Origin: a virus
DNA length: 64,000 nt
Virus record (IMG/VR): IMGVR_UViG_3300037478_000520
Location: 1-64,000 of that record
Reading direction: 5' to 3' (one strand)
In this document: positions 20,397 through 30,207 of the stretch, in pieces
Position numbering within the stretch: the first letter of the stretch is position 1
Layout: each line of letters opens with the position of its first letter
The notes under the pieces: generated by a model
Database searches by the model: none
What the model was told of the DNA's origin: nothing
Seen by the model: the letters and a program-made list of their open reading frames with translations, nothing else
Position numbers and translations under genes: made by a program

Positions 20397-21180
20397 GATT
20401 GCCTACAAGGTCTTGACGCACGACTTGCGCCCGCCGATCCAGGGAGGCGAGCCCGTGTTCGACGGCGTTTTTCCGCACGTGCTGCCAACGGTCGCGTGCA
20501 ACACCGACCCGGCTGTTGAGTGCGGCGCCGGCTGGAACGCTTGCGCGAAGCTGTCAGACGCGCTGCGGATCGCTGGGCTCTGGCCCGACGGCCGACCATC
20601 GCGTGTCGTGCTCTGCGAAGCGCCGGCGGCAAGCGTGGTCCGCGCGTTCGACAAAGTGCGTGCTCCTACCTGGACGCTCAGTCGCGAGTTGTCCGAAGAC
20701 GAAATCGCGGACGGCGTGCGCGAGTTTTCGGTTGGATTCGGCGAGCACGCCGACGTCATGACCGCGGAGCAGATGGCTTGGCGCCAGGCGCTCGCCCGAC
20801 CCAAGCGCGACAGGGACGCTGTGATCGCCGGGTTGCGCGCCGCGCTGGACGCACGAGGATTGATTGACTGGGAGCTGCAAGAGTACCCGTCGTCCGACTG
20901 CACCCCAAGGGCCGCCTGGTACGTCTGGGTCGCCTGGCGACCAAGGGTCGTCTGGGTCTACTGGGCCGTCTGGTACGCCGGGGACACATGGGACGCCAGG
21001 GACGCCTTAGTGCACCGCTACGCGGCGCATAAAGGCTGGGTCGACGCCCCTGCCGATCAGTACACCGTGGGCATTCGCGACGCCTACGAACACGGGCTCG
21101 GGATCGTCGTGCCCGTCGGACCGGGCAAGCTCGGGTGGACTATGGACGTTACCGAAAGCGGAGGTTCTCGTGATGTCTAG
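20386..21180 (+). CDS. hypothetical phage protein with internal 9-bp-period Trp repeat; paralogue of 1..220
   Basis: Duplicated 5' end; xxW repeat at about 20902-21006. Confidence 0.75.
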   Translation: MDTEIAYKVLTHDLRPPIQGGEPVFDGVFPHVLPTVACNTDPAVECGAGWNACAKLSDALRIAGLWPDGRPSRVVLCEAPAASVVRAFDKVRAPTWTLSRELSEDEIADGVREFSVGFGEHADVMTAEQMAWRQALARPKRDRDAVIAGLRAALDARGLIDWELQEYPSSDCTPRAAWYVWVAWRPRVVWVYWAVWYAGDTWDARDALVHRYAAHKGWVDAPADQYTVGIRDAYEHGLGIVVPVGPGKLGWTMDVTESGGSRDV

Positions 21181-21526
21181 CCAAAGACCCACCTTGCCGT
21201 GGGAGTATAGCGAGCCACCGAGCCCCGGTGAGCCAGCGATTCTGAACGAGCCAACGGCTCTTGGCAGGGAGCTTGGGCGAGAACTCGCTAGACTTGTTGA
21301 CGTGCAGGAGGCGAAAGACCGCAAGCGCTTCCCAAACCAACGGCCGCGCTGCAACGACTGCGCGTTCCGCGCGGGCACTCTCCCGAACGGATGCGAAGTG
21401 ACCTTGGCAGACGCAATCAAATGCGCTTTCGAGGGCCAGGTGTTCTTTTGCCACAAGGGCAAAGCTGACAAACCGTGCATGGGGTGGCTGACCCTGCAGT
21501 CGACGAAGCTGATTGGAGGCGAGTGA
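21173..21526 (+). CDS. Cys-rich phage protein
   Basis: CNDCAFR...FFCH...CMGW. Confidence 0.65.
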   Translation: MSSQRPTLPWEYSEPPSPGEPAILNEPTALGRELGRELARLVDVQEAKDRKRFPNQRPRCNDCAFRAGTLPNGCEVTLADAIKCAFEGQVFFCHKGKADKPCMGWLTLQSTKLIGGE

Positions 21527-21527
21527 G

Positions 21528-22061
21528 ATGGCGATTCGACGCGAACACAGAGTCACGTTCTACAGCCCCGGCACCATGTTCAGCGAGGTGACATCGAAGC
21601 CGATCCCCGCGTGGGATACCCGAATGGCCGTCGGGATGGCAGAGGGGATCGTTGAGAGGCACGATGCGCGGCCGTACGGCTTTCGGTTCGAAACCTTCAT
21701 GGTTGGCGATCCGGTCCCTGACGGGGAAGGGCGCGTCCTGGAAGTGAAGGCACGGCTCGACAAGTCCTCGGGCATGCACTTCTTGGGCGGCTCCGTTCGC
21801 ACGTTCGCCCAGGTGATGGCGGACGACCGACCCGAGGCAAATGTCTTCGAGATCGAAATTGGAGGACTGATCATCGAGGTCAGCAGGCGCGGTCTGCCCA
21901 AGATCACCATCATGGATAGTGATCTCCAGCATCAGATCGAGAGTGGGCAAGGCATCGGGGAACTAGACTCCCTCTACGAGCTGGTGCGACGCACGGTTCT
22001 CCGTGTGGACGATGCGCTCGACGTCCTCTTGGACGCACTGCCCGAAGAAGGGACCAGCTAG
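21528..22061 (+). CDS. hypothetical phage protein
   Basis: HRVTFYSPGT..SE motif; RBS. Confidence 0.65.
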   Translation: MAIRREHRVTFYSPGTMFSEVTSKPIPAWDTRMAVGMAEGIVERHDARPYGFRFETFMVGDPVPDGEGRVLEVKARLDKSSGMHFLGGSVRTFAQVMADDRPEANVFEIEIGGLIIEVSRRGLPKITIMDSDLQHQIESGQGIGELDSLYELVRRTVLRVDDALDVLLDALPEEGTS

Positions 22062-22063
22062 CC

Positions 22064-22423
22064 ATGATCAAGCACGAGCGCGAGGCGATGGCTGACATCC
22101 TGATGCGTGCCGACAGCATGGTGCGCGGACTGCTGGCCGGCCGAGGTCCGCTGAAGGCATTTCCCGAAGGTATCCAAGAGTTTCTTGCCGACCTTCAGCG
22201 GGCCCGCGGGCAGTGCATACCGGAAACGCTGGCTCACGGCGCCGGGGCGTACGCGCGGTGTTCGTTCTGTGGTCGGTACACCGCGAACCCGTGCGCGTTG
22301 TCGTCGGGAAGTGTCCAGCAGCGCGCTGCGTGCGACTGCGAAAAGCCCGGCGGATGGTGTGGTTCGTTCAAGCCGCCGGGCCCGGACGCGAAATGGTCGA
22401 TTGGATTGGAGCGCGAGCCATGA
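22064..22423 (+). CDS. Cys-rich hypothetical protein
   Basis: CSFCGR...CDC...WCGSF. Confidence 0.6.
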   Translation: MIKHEREAMADILMRADSMVRGLLAGRGPLKAFPEGIQEFLADLQRARGQCIPETLAHGAGAYARCSFCGRYTANPCALSSGSVQQRAACDCEKPGGWCGSFKPPGPDAKWSIGLEREP

Positions 22424-22448
22424 ACTACCGCCATTTCCGAGGTGTCGA

Positions 22449-22781
22449 ATGACGTACAAACCCCATGTCCGTTCGACTGTTGTAAGTCGACGCGTTTTCT
22501 TCTCTGGCGACAAACCAGAAGGCTGCCCGGAATGTGGCAGCGCTGTAGACTGGGAATCGGATACCGCCGACGATGCCTACCTTGGCATCGCATCGGACAT
22601 ATGTTGGGAACGCTTCGACGATCGCCATGGCTACGGGTGGTGGAACAAGAAAGGTTCTATCAGCAAGCCTTTGCGCGCTCGGTTCGAGCGCACAGTGCCG
22701 CGACTGGCCCGCTTTCTGGAATTTGTCGACCGGCAAAACGGGGTGGTGCACGAATACCCACTGGACGAGAGCAAGCCATGA
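22449..22781 (+). CDS. hypothetical protein with zinc ribbon
   Basis: CPECGS. Confidence 0.5.
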   Translation: MTYKPHVRSTVVSRRVFFSGDKPEGCPECGSAVDWESDTADDAYLGIASDICWERFDDRHGYGWWNKKGSISKPLRARFERTVPRLARFLEFVDRQNGVVHEYPLDESKP

Positions 22782-22966
22782 GCGACGCGGCGCGCAAGCG
22801 AGACACCAGGGCCGAGCTACTACGCGAGGCGGCGCGACTGCGCAGCCAGGCGGAGCGGTTGGTCAAGCTTGCGGCCGAGGTGGGAGGCGCGCAGGACAGC
22901 GCGGCGAATGACCAAGAGATCGAGGACGAGGTGATCCGTCGCCTCACCATCAGCGGGGATATCTGA
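22778..22966 (+). CDS. small protein coupled to the integrase (possible recombination directionality factor)
   Basis: TGATG overlap with int; functional guess from position only. Confidence 0.4.
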   Translation: MSDAARKRDTRAELLREAARLRSQAERLVKLAAEVGGAQDSAANDQEIEDEVIRRLTISGDI

Positions 22967-24183
22967 TGCCACGGAAGCTACAAGGCACAATCGAGTACCG
23001 GAACGGCAGATGGACCGTCCGAATCCGCAACCGATACATCGGCACGTACGACACCGAAGCGCAGGCAGAGAAGGCTCGCGCCGCGGCGGTGCGGATCACG
23101 ACTGAGCGCGCCAAGGCGCCCATGACGCTCGCGCGGTTCGGCAAGAAATGGCTCGACCAGCGCGAGATCGATGGTGTCGCAGGAATCAAGCAGGAGCGCA
23201 GCAACTGGGCGGTGCATGTTGCTGGGCATCTGATCGCCACCCTTCCATTGCGATCGGTGCGGCCGAAGCACCTAGCGAACTTCGCCAGCGAGCTGGCCAA
23301 CAAGCCAGCGACGCGGGCGGTTAGGCGCAAGGAAGACCGCGAGTGGGTCGTGACGCACACTGAGACTGGCGAGCAGTTGTCCAGGGCCACGGCGACCCGA
23401 ATCCTGAAGCTGGTCTATCTGGCGTTCGAAGGCGCGCGTATCGCCGGCCACATCCGCCACAATCCCGCGGAGGGCATTTCAGCTCCCAGGATGCGGCGCC
23501 GGACGGTCGCTTCCCACACCCAGATCGTGGAGTCGCCGGAGATCGTCCAGTTCCTCAGCAAGCCGGAGATTGACCGGGTCCTGGCCCTGCTCGATGGCGA
23601 GCCGATGTGGCGCTCACTGTACGCCGTGGCGATTTACGGGGGGCTGCGCAAGGGCGAGCTCGTGGCGCTGCGCTGGGAAGACATCGATCTCGATGGGGAG
23701 CACCCACGCATCCGAGTCCGCCGCTCCAACAGCTTTCGGGGCCTCAAGTCGGCGGCCGGTATGCGGGACGTGCCACTGCTCTGGGGCGCCATGGAGGCGC
23801 TCCGCCGCTGGCGCGGGCACGGTGGCGTGCGGCGGGAGTTTGGGCCCGTCTGGCCGACGGCGGACGGCTCGATGCGCCGGCCCGGCGACGACCTGCGTTG
23901 GCCGGACAAGCGCGACCGGCGAGGCGGCGAACTCCATGTCCAGCCCCGGGTCCGTACGCTGGCGAAGGTGCGCCCGGAGATTCGATTTCACGACCTGCGG
24001 CACACGTGCGCCAGCCATCTGATCCAGGGGACGTGGACCGCGCGACCGCTATCTCTGGAGGAGATCCGCGACTGGCTCGGACACTCTCACGTGTCCGTGA
24101 CCGAGCGATACAGCCACCTCGGGCCGGAGTCGATCCGGTCGCATTCTCGGTCAAACGACCCCGCGGGAGAAAAGGAGAAGTAA
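22966..24183 (+). CDS. int: tyrosine recombinase / phage integrase
   Basis: GLRKGEL, LKS, FHDLRHT, LGH, TERY catalytic residues. Confidence 0.95.
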   Translation: MPRKLQGTIEYRNGRWTVRIRNRYIGTYDTEAQAEKARAAAVRITTERAKAPMTLARFGKKWLDQREIDGVAGIKQERSNWAVHVAGHLIATLPLRSVRPKHLANFASELANKPATRAVRRKEDREWVVTHTETGEQLSRATATRILKLVYLAFEGARIAGHIRHNPAEGISAPRMRRRTVASHTQIVESPEIVQFLSKPEIDRVLALLDGEPMWRSLYAVAIYGGLRKGELVALRWEDIDLDGEHPRIRVRRSNSFRGLKSAAGMRDVPLLWGAMEALRRWRGHGGVRREFGPVWPTADGSMRRPGDDLRWPDKRDRRGGELHVQPRVRTLAKVRPEIRFHDLRHTCASHLIQGTWTARPLSLEEIRDWLGHSHVSVTERYSHLGPESIRSHSRSNDPAGEKEK

Positions 24184-24213
24184 GTGCGCGAGACCACTCG
24201 ACAGATTGCCGGC

Positions 24214-24255
24214 CTTACAAGGCGCTGGTCGGCGGTTCAAGCCCGCCCCCGCCCA
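24214..24255 (+). other. attP core: 3' half of tRNA-Val(TAC)
   Basis: CTTACAA anticodon loop, perfect T-arm GGCGG-TTCAAGC-CCGCC, acceptor strand CCCGCCCA; no 5' half; 30 bp after the int stop. Confidence 0.85.
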
Positions 24256-24305
24256 CAACTTTTTGAAGCCAGGGATTTTTCAGGGTCGTTTCCCGGGAGG
24301 TCATC

Positions 24306-24959
24306 ATGACCTCTCGGGATGGGGCGCTGGGGGCGGAGCCCGCGTCGGCGGCGACGGAATCGCAGGGGCTGGCGAGTGAGCGGTCTGTGCGCATGCGCGC
24401 CTATCACGCGCGCAAGCACCGGCTCCGATCGACGCCACTGACCGCTGACGACCCGCGGCACGGTGCCTGGCAACGCGTGCTTGCGCGCGCAACCCGAACC
24501 GCGTCCGGGTGCCTGCTGTGGACCGGCGCGGGCGCCAAGGTCGGCAGGGGCTACGGTCGGATCGCGCACCTTGGGCGCTGCTACAGCCCCCACCGCGTGG
24601 CGCTTGAGGTGTCGCTCGGCCGTACCTTGGCTGGGGACGAAGAGACGTGCCATTCGTGCGACGTCCCGCAATGCGTCGAGCCCTCCCACCTGTTCGCCGG
24701 CAGCAAGGCCGACAACATGCGGGACGGCGTCCGGAAGGGTCGCGTGCGCCCGCCCCGACCTCGCCACCTGGGAGAGCGGAACGGGTCCGCAAAACTGGAC
24801 GCCGTGAAGGTGGCCGCGATCCGACGCCGAAAGGCCGCCGGCGAGCACCGGCTCGCGCTGGCCGCCGAGTACGGGGTCAGCGAGAAGGCGATCCGTGACG
24901 TCGTCAATTTCAAATCCTGGGGGCACGTGCCCGAGGTCGTCAACGAGGCCGCGCCATGA
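24306..24959 (+). CDS. HNH homing endonuclease with C-terminal HTH
   Basis: CLLWTG...GYG...HRVA...CHSCDVPQCVEPSHL..G...DN; NGSAKL...LAAEYGVS. Confidence 0.9.
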   Translation: MTSRDGALGAEPASAATESQGLASERSVRMRAYHARKHRLRSTPLTADDPRHGAWQRVLARATRTASGCLLWTGAGAKVGRGYGRIAHLGRCYSPHRVALEVSLGRTLAGDEETCHSCDVPQCVEPSHLFAGSKADNMRDGVRKGRVRPPRPRHLGERNGSAKLDAVKVAAIRRRKAAGEHRLALAAEYGVSEKAIRDVVNFKSWGHVPEVVNEAAP

Positions 24960-25473
24960 CGGCCCGCTGCTACACCCTGCATCGAGCCACCCCCAAGGGC
25001 CACCCGCGCGGCTGCACCTGCGTCACCTGCGTGCTGTGGCGCAAAGGGTACGGGGGGCGGCCCGGGGCTACTCTTCCCCCTCGTCCAGCTCCCGGGGGTC
25101 GAGCGGTCGCATCGGACCCTGCTTCGCTGACTCGATCCCCTCCTGCAGCGCGTCCCACGCTTCGGACGAGATCTGCCGCTCGTGCTCCGGCAGGTCGTCG
25201 CGGTCGGCCAGCGGGTGTTTGGGGTCGCTTTCCATGGCTGACCTTAGCACACGTCGCCCTGCTCGCCCTGGCCGGCTGCGCTGACTCCGCGCGATCTGCC
25301 GCACCGCCGCCTCCGCCCCTGACCGCCGAGCAGCGCGAGTGGGTGCGCGAGTGCATGAAGAACGGCGCCGGGATCGACGGGAACCGCTGGGAAACCAATC
25401 GCCGAGTCGCGATCGCAAACACCTACTGCCTCACGGTGGCGCTGGATCTGTTCCCTCCGCAAGGTGGCCGCCG

Positions 25474-25629
25474 ATGAGCCGTTCCGGCTACAGCGACGAC
25501 TGCTCCGGGCGGGAGCTGGTCCTCTGGCGCGGCGCCGTGGCGTCGGCCCTGCGCGGGCGGCGCGGCCAGGCGTTCCTGCGCGAGCTGGTGGACGCCCTGG
25601 ACGCCGTGCTCGCGTTGGAGAGCCTATGA
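25474..25629 (+). CDS. short (probably truncated) phage protein
   Basis: MSRSGYSDD...WRGAVASALRGRRGQAFLRELVDALDA resembles the N-terminus of a longer recurrent phage protein. Confidence 0.5.
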   Translation: MSRSGYSDDCSGRELVLWRGAVASALRGRRGQAFLRELVDALDAVLALESL

Positions 25630-26105
25630 CCCCGGTGAACGTCCACCTGAAGCGCGCCGCCGAAGCGTCATGCCACCTTGGCGCGTTGCTCGCCCTGCAT
25701 GACACGCCCGGAGCGGTCGCCGCATATCGCGAGGCCACCGAGCTAGACCCCGAAAGCGCATCGGCCTGGGGAGGTCTTGCCTGCGCGCTCCGCCGCGCCG
25801 GTGACATCGAAGGCGCAGACCACGCGCAAGCGCGGGCTGCTGTGCTCGGGCACCCGGTTTTCAAGACGAAAAGGGCGCCGGTCATGAGGACCTATCACTG
25901 CGCGGTCAGCGTCGACGTCGACCGCTTCAGCGACGCCAAGTTACGTCGGGAGTGGTTGCCCATGTTCCTCCAACTCGGCTGCCAAACGCCGCAGGACATC
26001 CGGAAGCTGTGCGCGAAGGCTCGCCAGCGGTGGCAGAAGGTGTTCGCGCCTTGCGACAACGTGGGGCCCGATGGCGTGTGTCTTGGGCATGAGGAGGCAT
26101 CATGA
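25626..26105 (+). CDS. TPR-motif protein
   Basis: LGALL...AVAAYREATELDPESASAWGGLACAL. Confidence 0.6.
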   Translation: MTPVNVHLKRAAEASCHLGALLALHDTPGAVAAYREATELDPESASAWGGLACALRRAGDIEGADHAQARAAVLGHPVFKTKRAPVMRTYHCAVSVDVDRFSDAKLRREWLPMFLQLGCQTPQDIRKLCAKARQRWQKVFAPCDNVGPDGVCLGHEEAS

Positions 26106-26254
26106 CGCGCTACTGGTGCGAGGCGCCTGGCGACTTCTGGTGCTACCGCATGCGTGGCCACAGCTACACACTCCGAGCGCCGAGAGGCATACCTGCGGGA
26201 GCGGGGGCGAACGCGCGAACTACTTGACCCCGACCACGTAGGAGACGAGACGCC

Positions 26255-26497
26255 ATGAAGTCGCCGCAACATTACGACCGCGCATTGACCACCGACGAAG
26301 CTCGCAATCTGAGCCACGGAAGCACTGTGCCGTGCGACGACGCGAGCGGCGCCAACCCCGACGGCTCAGGTCGGCCGTGTCAATGGTGCGCCGCATTCCA
26401 CGCTGGCTACGTCATGGGTCAGGACGAGGAACGGGAGCGATGCAAGGAACTCGTTGACCAGATGGCCTGGGACATCGAGGCAGGAGACGAGCCATGA
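26255..26497 (+). CDS. hypothetical protein
   Basis: ORF with RBS. Confidence 0.5.
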   Translation: MKSPQHYDRALTTDEARNLSHGSTVPCDDASGANPDGSGRPCQWCAAFHAGYVMGQDEERERCKELVDQMAWDIEAGDEP

Positions 26498-27012
26498 CCC
26501 GCCAGCGCAAGCGCCTCACGATCAACGACGCCCGCCGCGTGAACGCGATGTCGGCGGAACGAAGCCAGCGCTTCAACGCCAAGATCGACCGCATCCTGCG
26601 CGCCGCTACCGACGTCGAACGCGCGCGCCGATTGTCCGAGCGACAGTGTCTCTACTGCTTCTACTTGCCCGACTCCCAGCTTGCCGGCCAGGCGTTCACG
26701 CAATGGCAGTGCCGCTACTGCGACCACGTCGGCTCGCATCCAAACACCGCGGTTCCCCGGTGTTGCAACGATTGTTCGGACGAACTCGGGATGTGCGTGG
26801 ACTGCGGGGGATCGCTGGACATGCGGCGGGTCGACAAGCTGAGACGGCGACCGCCGTCTTGGGACCAGACCCGCTGTGAGCGCTGCAACAAGACCGTCGC
26901 CCCAGGAGCGCGTGTTCAAGTGCGCTTCGGGATCGCGGCCCCATGGCTAGTCTGTGTCGACTGCTTCGCCGCAGTGAAGACGGTGCTCGAGGACCGGAAG
27001 GGTGAGCCATGA
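26494..27012 (+). CDS. multi-CxxC zinc-finger protein
   Basis: Six CxxC pairs. Confidence 0.65.
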   Translation: MTRQRKRLTINDARRVNAMSAERSQRFNAKIDRILRAATDVERARRLSERQCLYCFYLPDSQLAGQAFTQWQCRYCDHVGSHPNTAVPRCCNDCSDELGMCVDCGGSLDMRRVDKLRRRPPSWDQTRCERCNKTVAPGARVQVRFGIAAPWLVCVDCFAAVKTVLEDRKGEP

Positions 27013-27299
27013 TCGCTGGAGTCGGCCCGCTGGGCATCATGACAGGCGGCCGCGAGCCCGGCACGAACCGCTGGATCGTGCTGACGTTCTGGCACCCGCC
27101 CAGGTCCAAGCGAGTGACACGCGTCGCGCAGTCCCACGTCTTGTCGTACGTCACGATGTGCAACGTCGATGCCGCAGGCATGGTGCACTGCATCGAGGCT
27201 GAGACGCGAGCGGAAGCGCAGCGGTCGGCGCGTATAGAGCGCGCGGATATCGAGAACGCCAGGGCGCAGATACATGCCGAGCGGGAGGAGCGGTCATGA
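27009..27299 (+). CDS. hypothetical protein
   Basis: Coupled ORF. Confidence 0.5.
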   Translation: MIAGVGPLGIMTGGREPGTNRWIVLTFWHPPRSKRVTRVAQSHVLSYVTMCNVDAAGMVHCIEAETRAEAQRSARIERADIENARAQIHAEREERS

Positions 27300-28411
27300 C
27301 CCCTGCAATCGCCACCAAGCTCCGCGAACACGGGCTTGACTACCTCAAGGACGATCCGGACGAGCTTGCGATCAAGCACCGCATCTACGAGTCCGACGGT
27401 CTGCTCGTCCTGAACTACTGCCAAATCCAGTCACCTAAGCTGCATCCCGTGATCCAAGAGTGCCGCGGGCTAATACTGTCGCTAGATGGCTTCGATGTTG
27501 TCTCCCGATGCTTCGATCGGTTCTTCAACTTTGGTGAAGGTCCGAACGAGCATTTCGATATCGAGCCCGGCGACGTGATTGTCGAGAAGGTCGACGGGTC
27601 GCTGATCAAGCTCTATCACTGGGACGGACGTTGGCACGTGTCGACCCGAGGCACGGCGTTTGCCGAGGCCGACACGCCGTTCGGGCGCACGTTCGCCGAG
27701 GTTGTCCAAACGGCGGCGCCAAGGCTGCTGTGCGAGCAGTTTTTGGCGGGCCTATCGCGCGACTGCACGTACATCTTCGAGCTGGTCTCGCCCGAAAATC
27801 GCGTGGTCAAGACGTACGACAGCACCGCTCTTGTGTATCTAGCGACGCGCGACAACAGGACCGGTGAATACTGTAGCAACGCGCGCCACATGGAGTTGCA
27901 CTGCGGCATTCGCGGTCCACGCGTCTACCGCTTCGACACCGCGGGCAAATGCCTCGAAGCTGCCAAGAACCTTCCCGATCTCGAGGAGGGGTACGTGGTC
28001 TACCGGAGCGGCCGGCCGGTTTGCAAGATCAAGTCGCCAACGTACGTCGCCGCGCACCGGCTGTTTTCTGGCCCGATGACCACCAAGCGAGCTGTCGAGC
28101 TACTTCTCACCGGCGAGGCGGACGAGCTGATCGCCTACTTCCCGGAGTTCAAAGACACGCTCGGCCACTGTGCACGGGCGCTCAAGTCTGCGCTCACGGA
28201 CATGGATCGACGGTTCGCAATTGAGTGGAACGCAGGCGCATCTTGTCAAAAGGACTTTGCGCTACGCGTAAAAGACCTGCCCTACTCGGCAGTGCTGTTT
28301 CAGGCGCGGAACAAGGGCTTGTTGCCGAGCGAAGCGTTTGCCGCGGCTCGTGAGAACGTGCGGGTACAGGTCGCATTGGACGCGGTTGGGGCTAGTGAGG
28401 AGGTTGCATGA
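27296..28411 (+). CDS. T4 Rnl1-family ATP-dependent RNA ligase
   Basis: ECRGLI, FDRFFN, motif I KVDGSL, FELVSPENRVV, EGYVV, KIKS. Confidence 0.92.
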   Translation: MTPAIATKLREHGLDYLKDDPDELAIKHRIYESDGLLVLNYCQIQSPKLHPVIQECRGLILSLDGFDVVSRCFDRFFNFGEGPNEHFDIEPGDVIVEKVDGSLIKLYHWDGRWHVSTRGTAFAEADTPFGRTFAEVVQTAAPRLLCEQFLAGLSRDCTYIFELVSPENRVVKTYDSTALVYLATRDNRTGEYCSNARHMELHCGIRGPRVYRFDTAGKCLEAAKNLPDLEEGYVVYRSGRPVCKIKSPTYVAAHRLFSGPMTTKRAVELLLTGEADELIAYFPEFKDTLGHCARALKSALTDMDRRFAIEWNAGASCQKDFALRVKDLPYSAVLFQARNKGLLPSEAFAAARENVRVQVALDAVGASEEVA

Positions 28412-28731
28412 ACACACCAGCTCTATCCCGCCGTGCCTTCCTGCGCGGCGCTGCCACCGTCGCCGTTCCGGTCGCGATCGTTGCACCCGCGACGCCGCTG
28501 TGGGCGCGGTGGTTGCGAGACGAAATGCGGAAGCTCACGGGTCGGAGGGTGTGGTCGGTGCCGTGTGACGCTCGATCGCTTGGCGACAGCTTCCTTTGCT
28601 TCCAGGACGGAGAGGTCAAGGTTTTCGAGTTAAGCCTTGACCTGCCCATGCAACTCAACGGCGGCGACGTCGTCACTGGCGGTGTGGTGTTTGATTGGCA
28701 TAAGCAACCGACCGAAGGAATCGCACTATGA
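28408..28731 (+). CDS. hypothetical protein with Tat-like N-terminus
   Basis: SRRAFL followed by a hydrophobic stretch. Confidence 0.45.
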   Translation: MNTPALSRRAFLRGAATVAVPVAIVAPATPLWARWLRDEMRKLTGRRVWSVPCDARSLGDSFLCFQDGEVKVFELSLDLPMQLNGGDVVTGGVVFDWHKQPTEGIAL

Positions 28732-29573
28732 ACGCAGCAGAAGAACGCGCAGTGCTGGCGCTCGCGCTGGCAGAAACACCGTACGACAAGCGCAATGCGA
28801 TCTCGTCCCTGCGCAGCCGCGGGGTGCGGCTGAGCGAGGCTGCGCGCGGCAAGCTAGCAGCGGCTTCGGTCGACCGCATGGTGCCGCTTGCAGGCCCACG
28901 AATCTCTCACGTCGATACGCTGCACCCCGGCCCCGAGCCCGTGCTTGACGACGCCACGCGACGCGCCATCACCGACTGGGCGAGCATGTGGCTACACGTC
29001 GATCAGTTCCCCGATGAGATCCGCCCTGGCTCGCTCTTGCTGCACGGGCCCACCGGCACAGGCAAGACGACCTCGGCGCGGTGGCTGGCGACGCTCCTGG
29101 CGGACCGCTACCAGGCGCATTGTCTGGAGGCCCATTCCTGCCTCCAGAGCTACCTGGGCAGCACCGGCGCGCGGCTGAACACCGTGTTTACGGCGCTCAG
29201 CGGGGCGCCTGGACTGCTAGTCATGGAAGAAATCGACGCCATAGCAACGGTTCGCTCGGACGGGTCGACCGCCTCCGAAGAAATCTCACGAGTCACTATT
29301 GCGCTGATGCGGCTGATGGAGTCGGCGCGGTTCCCGATCGTGTGCACGACCAACCGCAAAAACGTGCTCGACCCGGCGTTGCTGCGGAGGTTTGACGCGC
29401 ACGTCGAAGTCGACGAGCCGGACCGCCAGGCCAAGGTCAACATCCTGGCCACGCTTGGCTGCACACCCAAGGGGTTCGACATGGACGCGACGATTGGCGA
29501 TTTGGTGCGCCAGGCGAAGGCGGTGAGGCGGTGCGAGATTCTTGATCGGATCCAGGCGGGCGTCGATGGCTGA
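28728..29573 (+). CDS. AAA+ ATPase
   Basis: GPTGTGKT, MEEIDA, TTN...LDPALLRRFD. Confidence 0.92.
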   Translation: MNAAEERAVLALALAETPYDKRNAISSLRSRGVRLSEAARGKLAAASVDRMVPLAGPRISHVDTLHPGPEPVLDDATRRAITDWASMWLHVDQFPDEIRPGSLLLHGPTGTGKTTSARWLATLLADRYQAHCLEAHSCLQSYLGSTGARLNTVFTALSGAPGLLVMEEIDAIATVRSDGSTASEEISRVTIALMRLMESARFPIVCTTNRKNVLDPALLRRFDAHVEVDEPDRQAKVNILATLGCTPKGFDMDATIGDLVRQAKAVRRCEILDRIQAGVDG

Positions 29574-30000
29574 CCTCGACCCAACAACCTGCCCAGCGTG
29601 CGGAGCGCAGACGCGCGATCCCCTGCGCGACCCGCAGTGGCTGGCGTGGTGCGAGCGGTGTGGGGCGTTGATTGGCACGCGTGGTCGCCACCTCCGGGCG
29701 AAAGCGGAAGCGTGGGGTCAGCCGCCTGCCGAGCCACCGCTCCGCGTGGTCGCCGCCGCCGTACAGGCCCATGGCCTGACCTTCTCCCTGCCGCCACCAG
29801 CCCGGCACCACAACGTGCTCCGCCTGATGCACGATCTCGGGCTACCCGATGGGCCGAGCTGGATCACGGGCCAGGGGTTCTTGCTTTCGGACGGGCGCTG
29901 GGCCAGCCGAAGGGACGCGTGGTTGGTCGCCGTGGCGACTGGGCAGCTCCTGGATCGGGCAGGCCGGGGGCCGGATCTGTTCAGCGAGGACGTCTGGTGA
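29566..30000 (+). CDS. phage protein with zinc ribbon
   Basis: CPAC/CERC; PPARHH...QGFL...GR...R...LFSEDVW. Confidence 0.7.
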   Translation: MADLDPTTCPACGAQTRDPLRDPQWLAWCERCGALIGTRGRHLRAKAEAWGQPPAEPPLRVVAAAVQAHGLTFSLPPPARHHNVLRLMHDLGLPDGPSWITGQGFLLSDGRWASRRDAWLVAVATGQLLDRAGRGPDLFSEDVW

Positions 30001-30207
30001 ATCGCGAGAAACGTCCGATGGGCGACGCCAATAGAGCAGGCCCGAAACAAGCGCACTGCGCGCTTCATCACGCACAACGGAATCACCAAGACGTTGCCAG
30101 AGTGGGCCGAAGACATCGGGATCATGCCAGCCACGCTGCGCTGTAGATTGAAGCACGGGTGGCCAGTCGAACGAGCACTCACCAGATATGGAGACGTGGG
30201 CAAATGA
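30001..30207 (+). pseudogene. C-terminal remnant of an HNH endonuclease
   Basis: Start-less frame NVRWATPIEQARNKR...NGITKTLPEWAE...RLKHGWPVERALT. Confidence 0.65.

Noticed and set aside
24190-24260. Complete tRNA-Val gene
   Set aside because: No D-arm or 5' acceptor strand, and the anticodon stem is unpaired; treated as attP.
25068-25235. Small acidic minus-strand ORF (MESDPKHPLA...)
   Set aside because: Plausible composition, but antisense to the operon and without other support.
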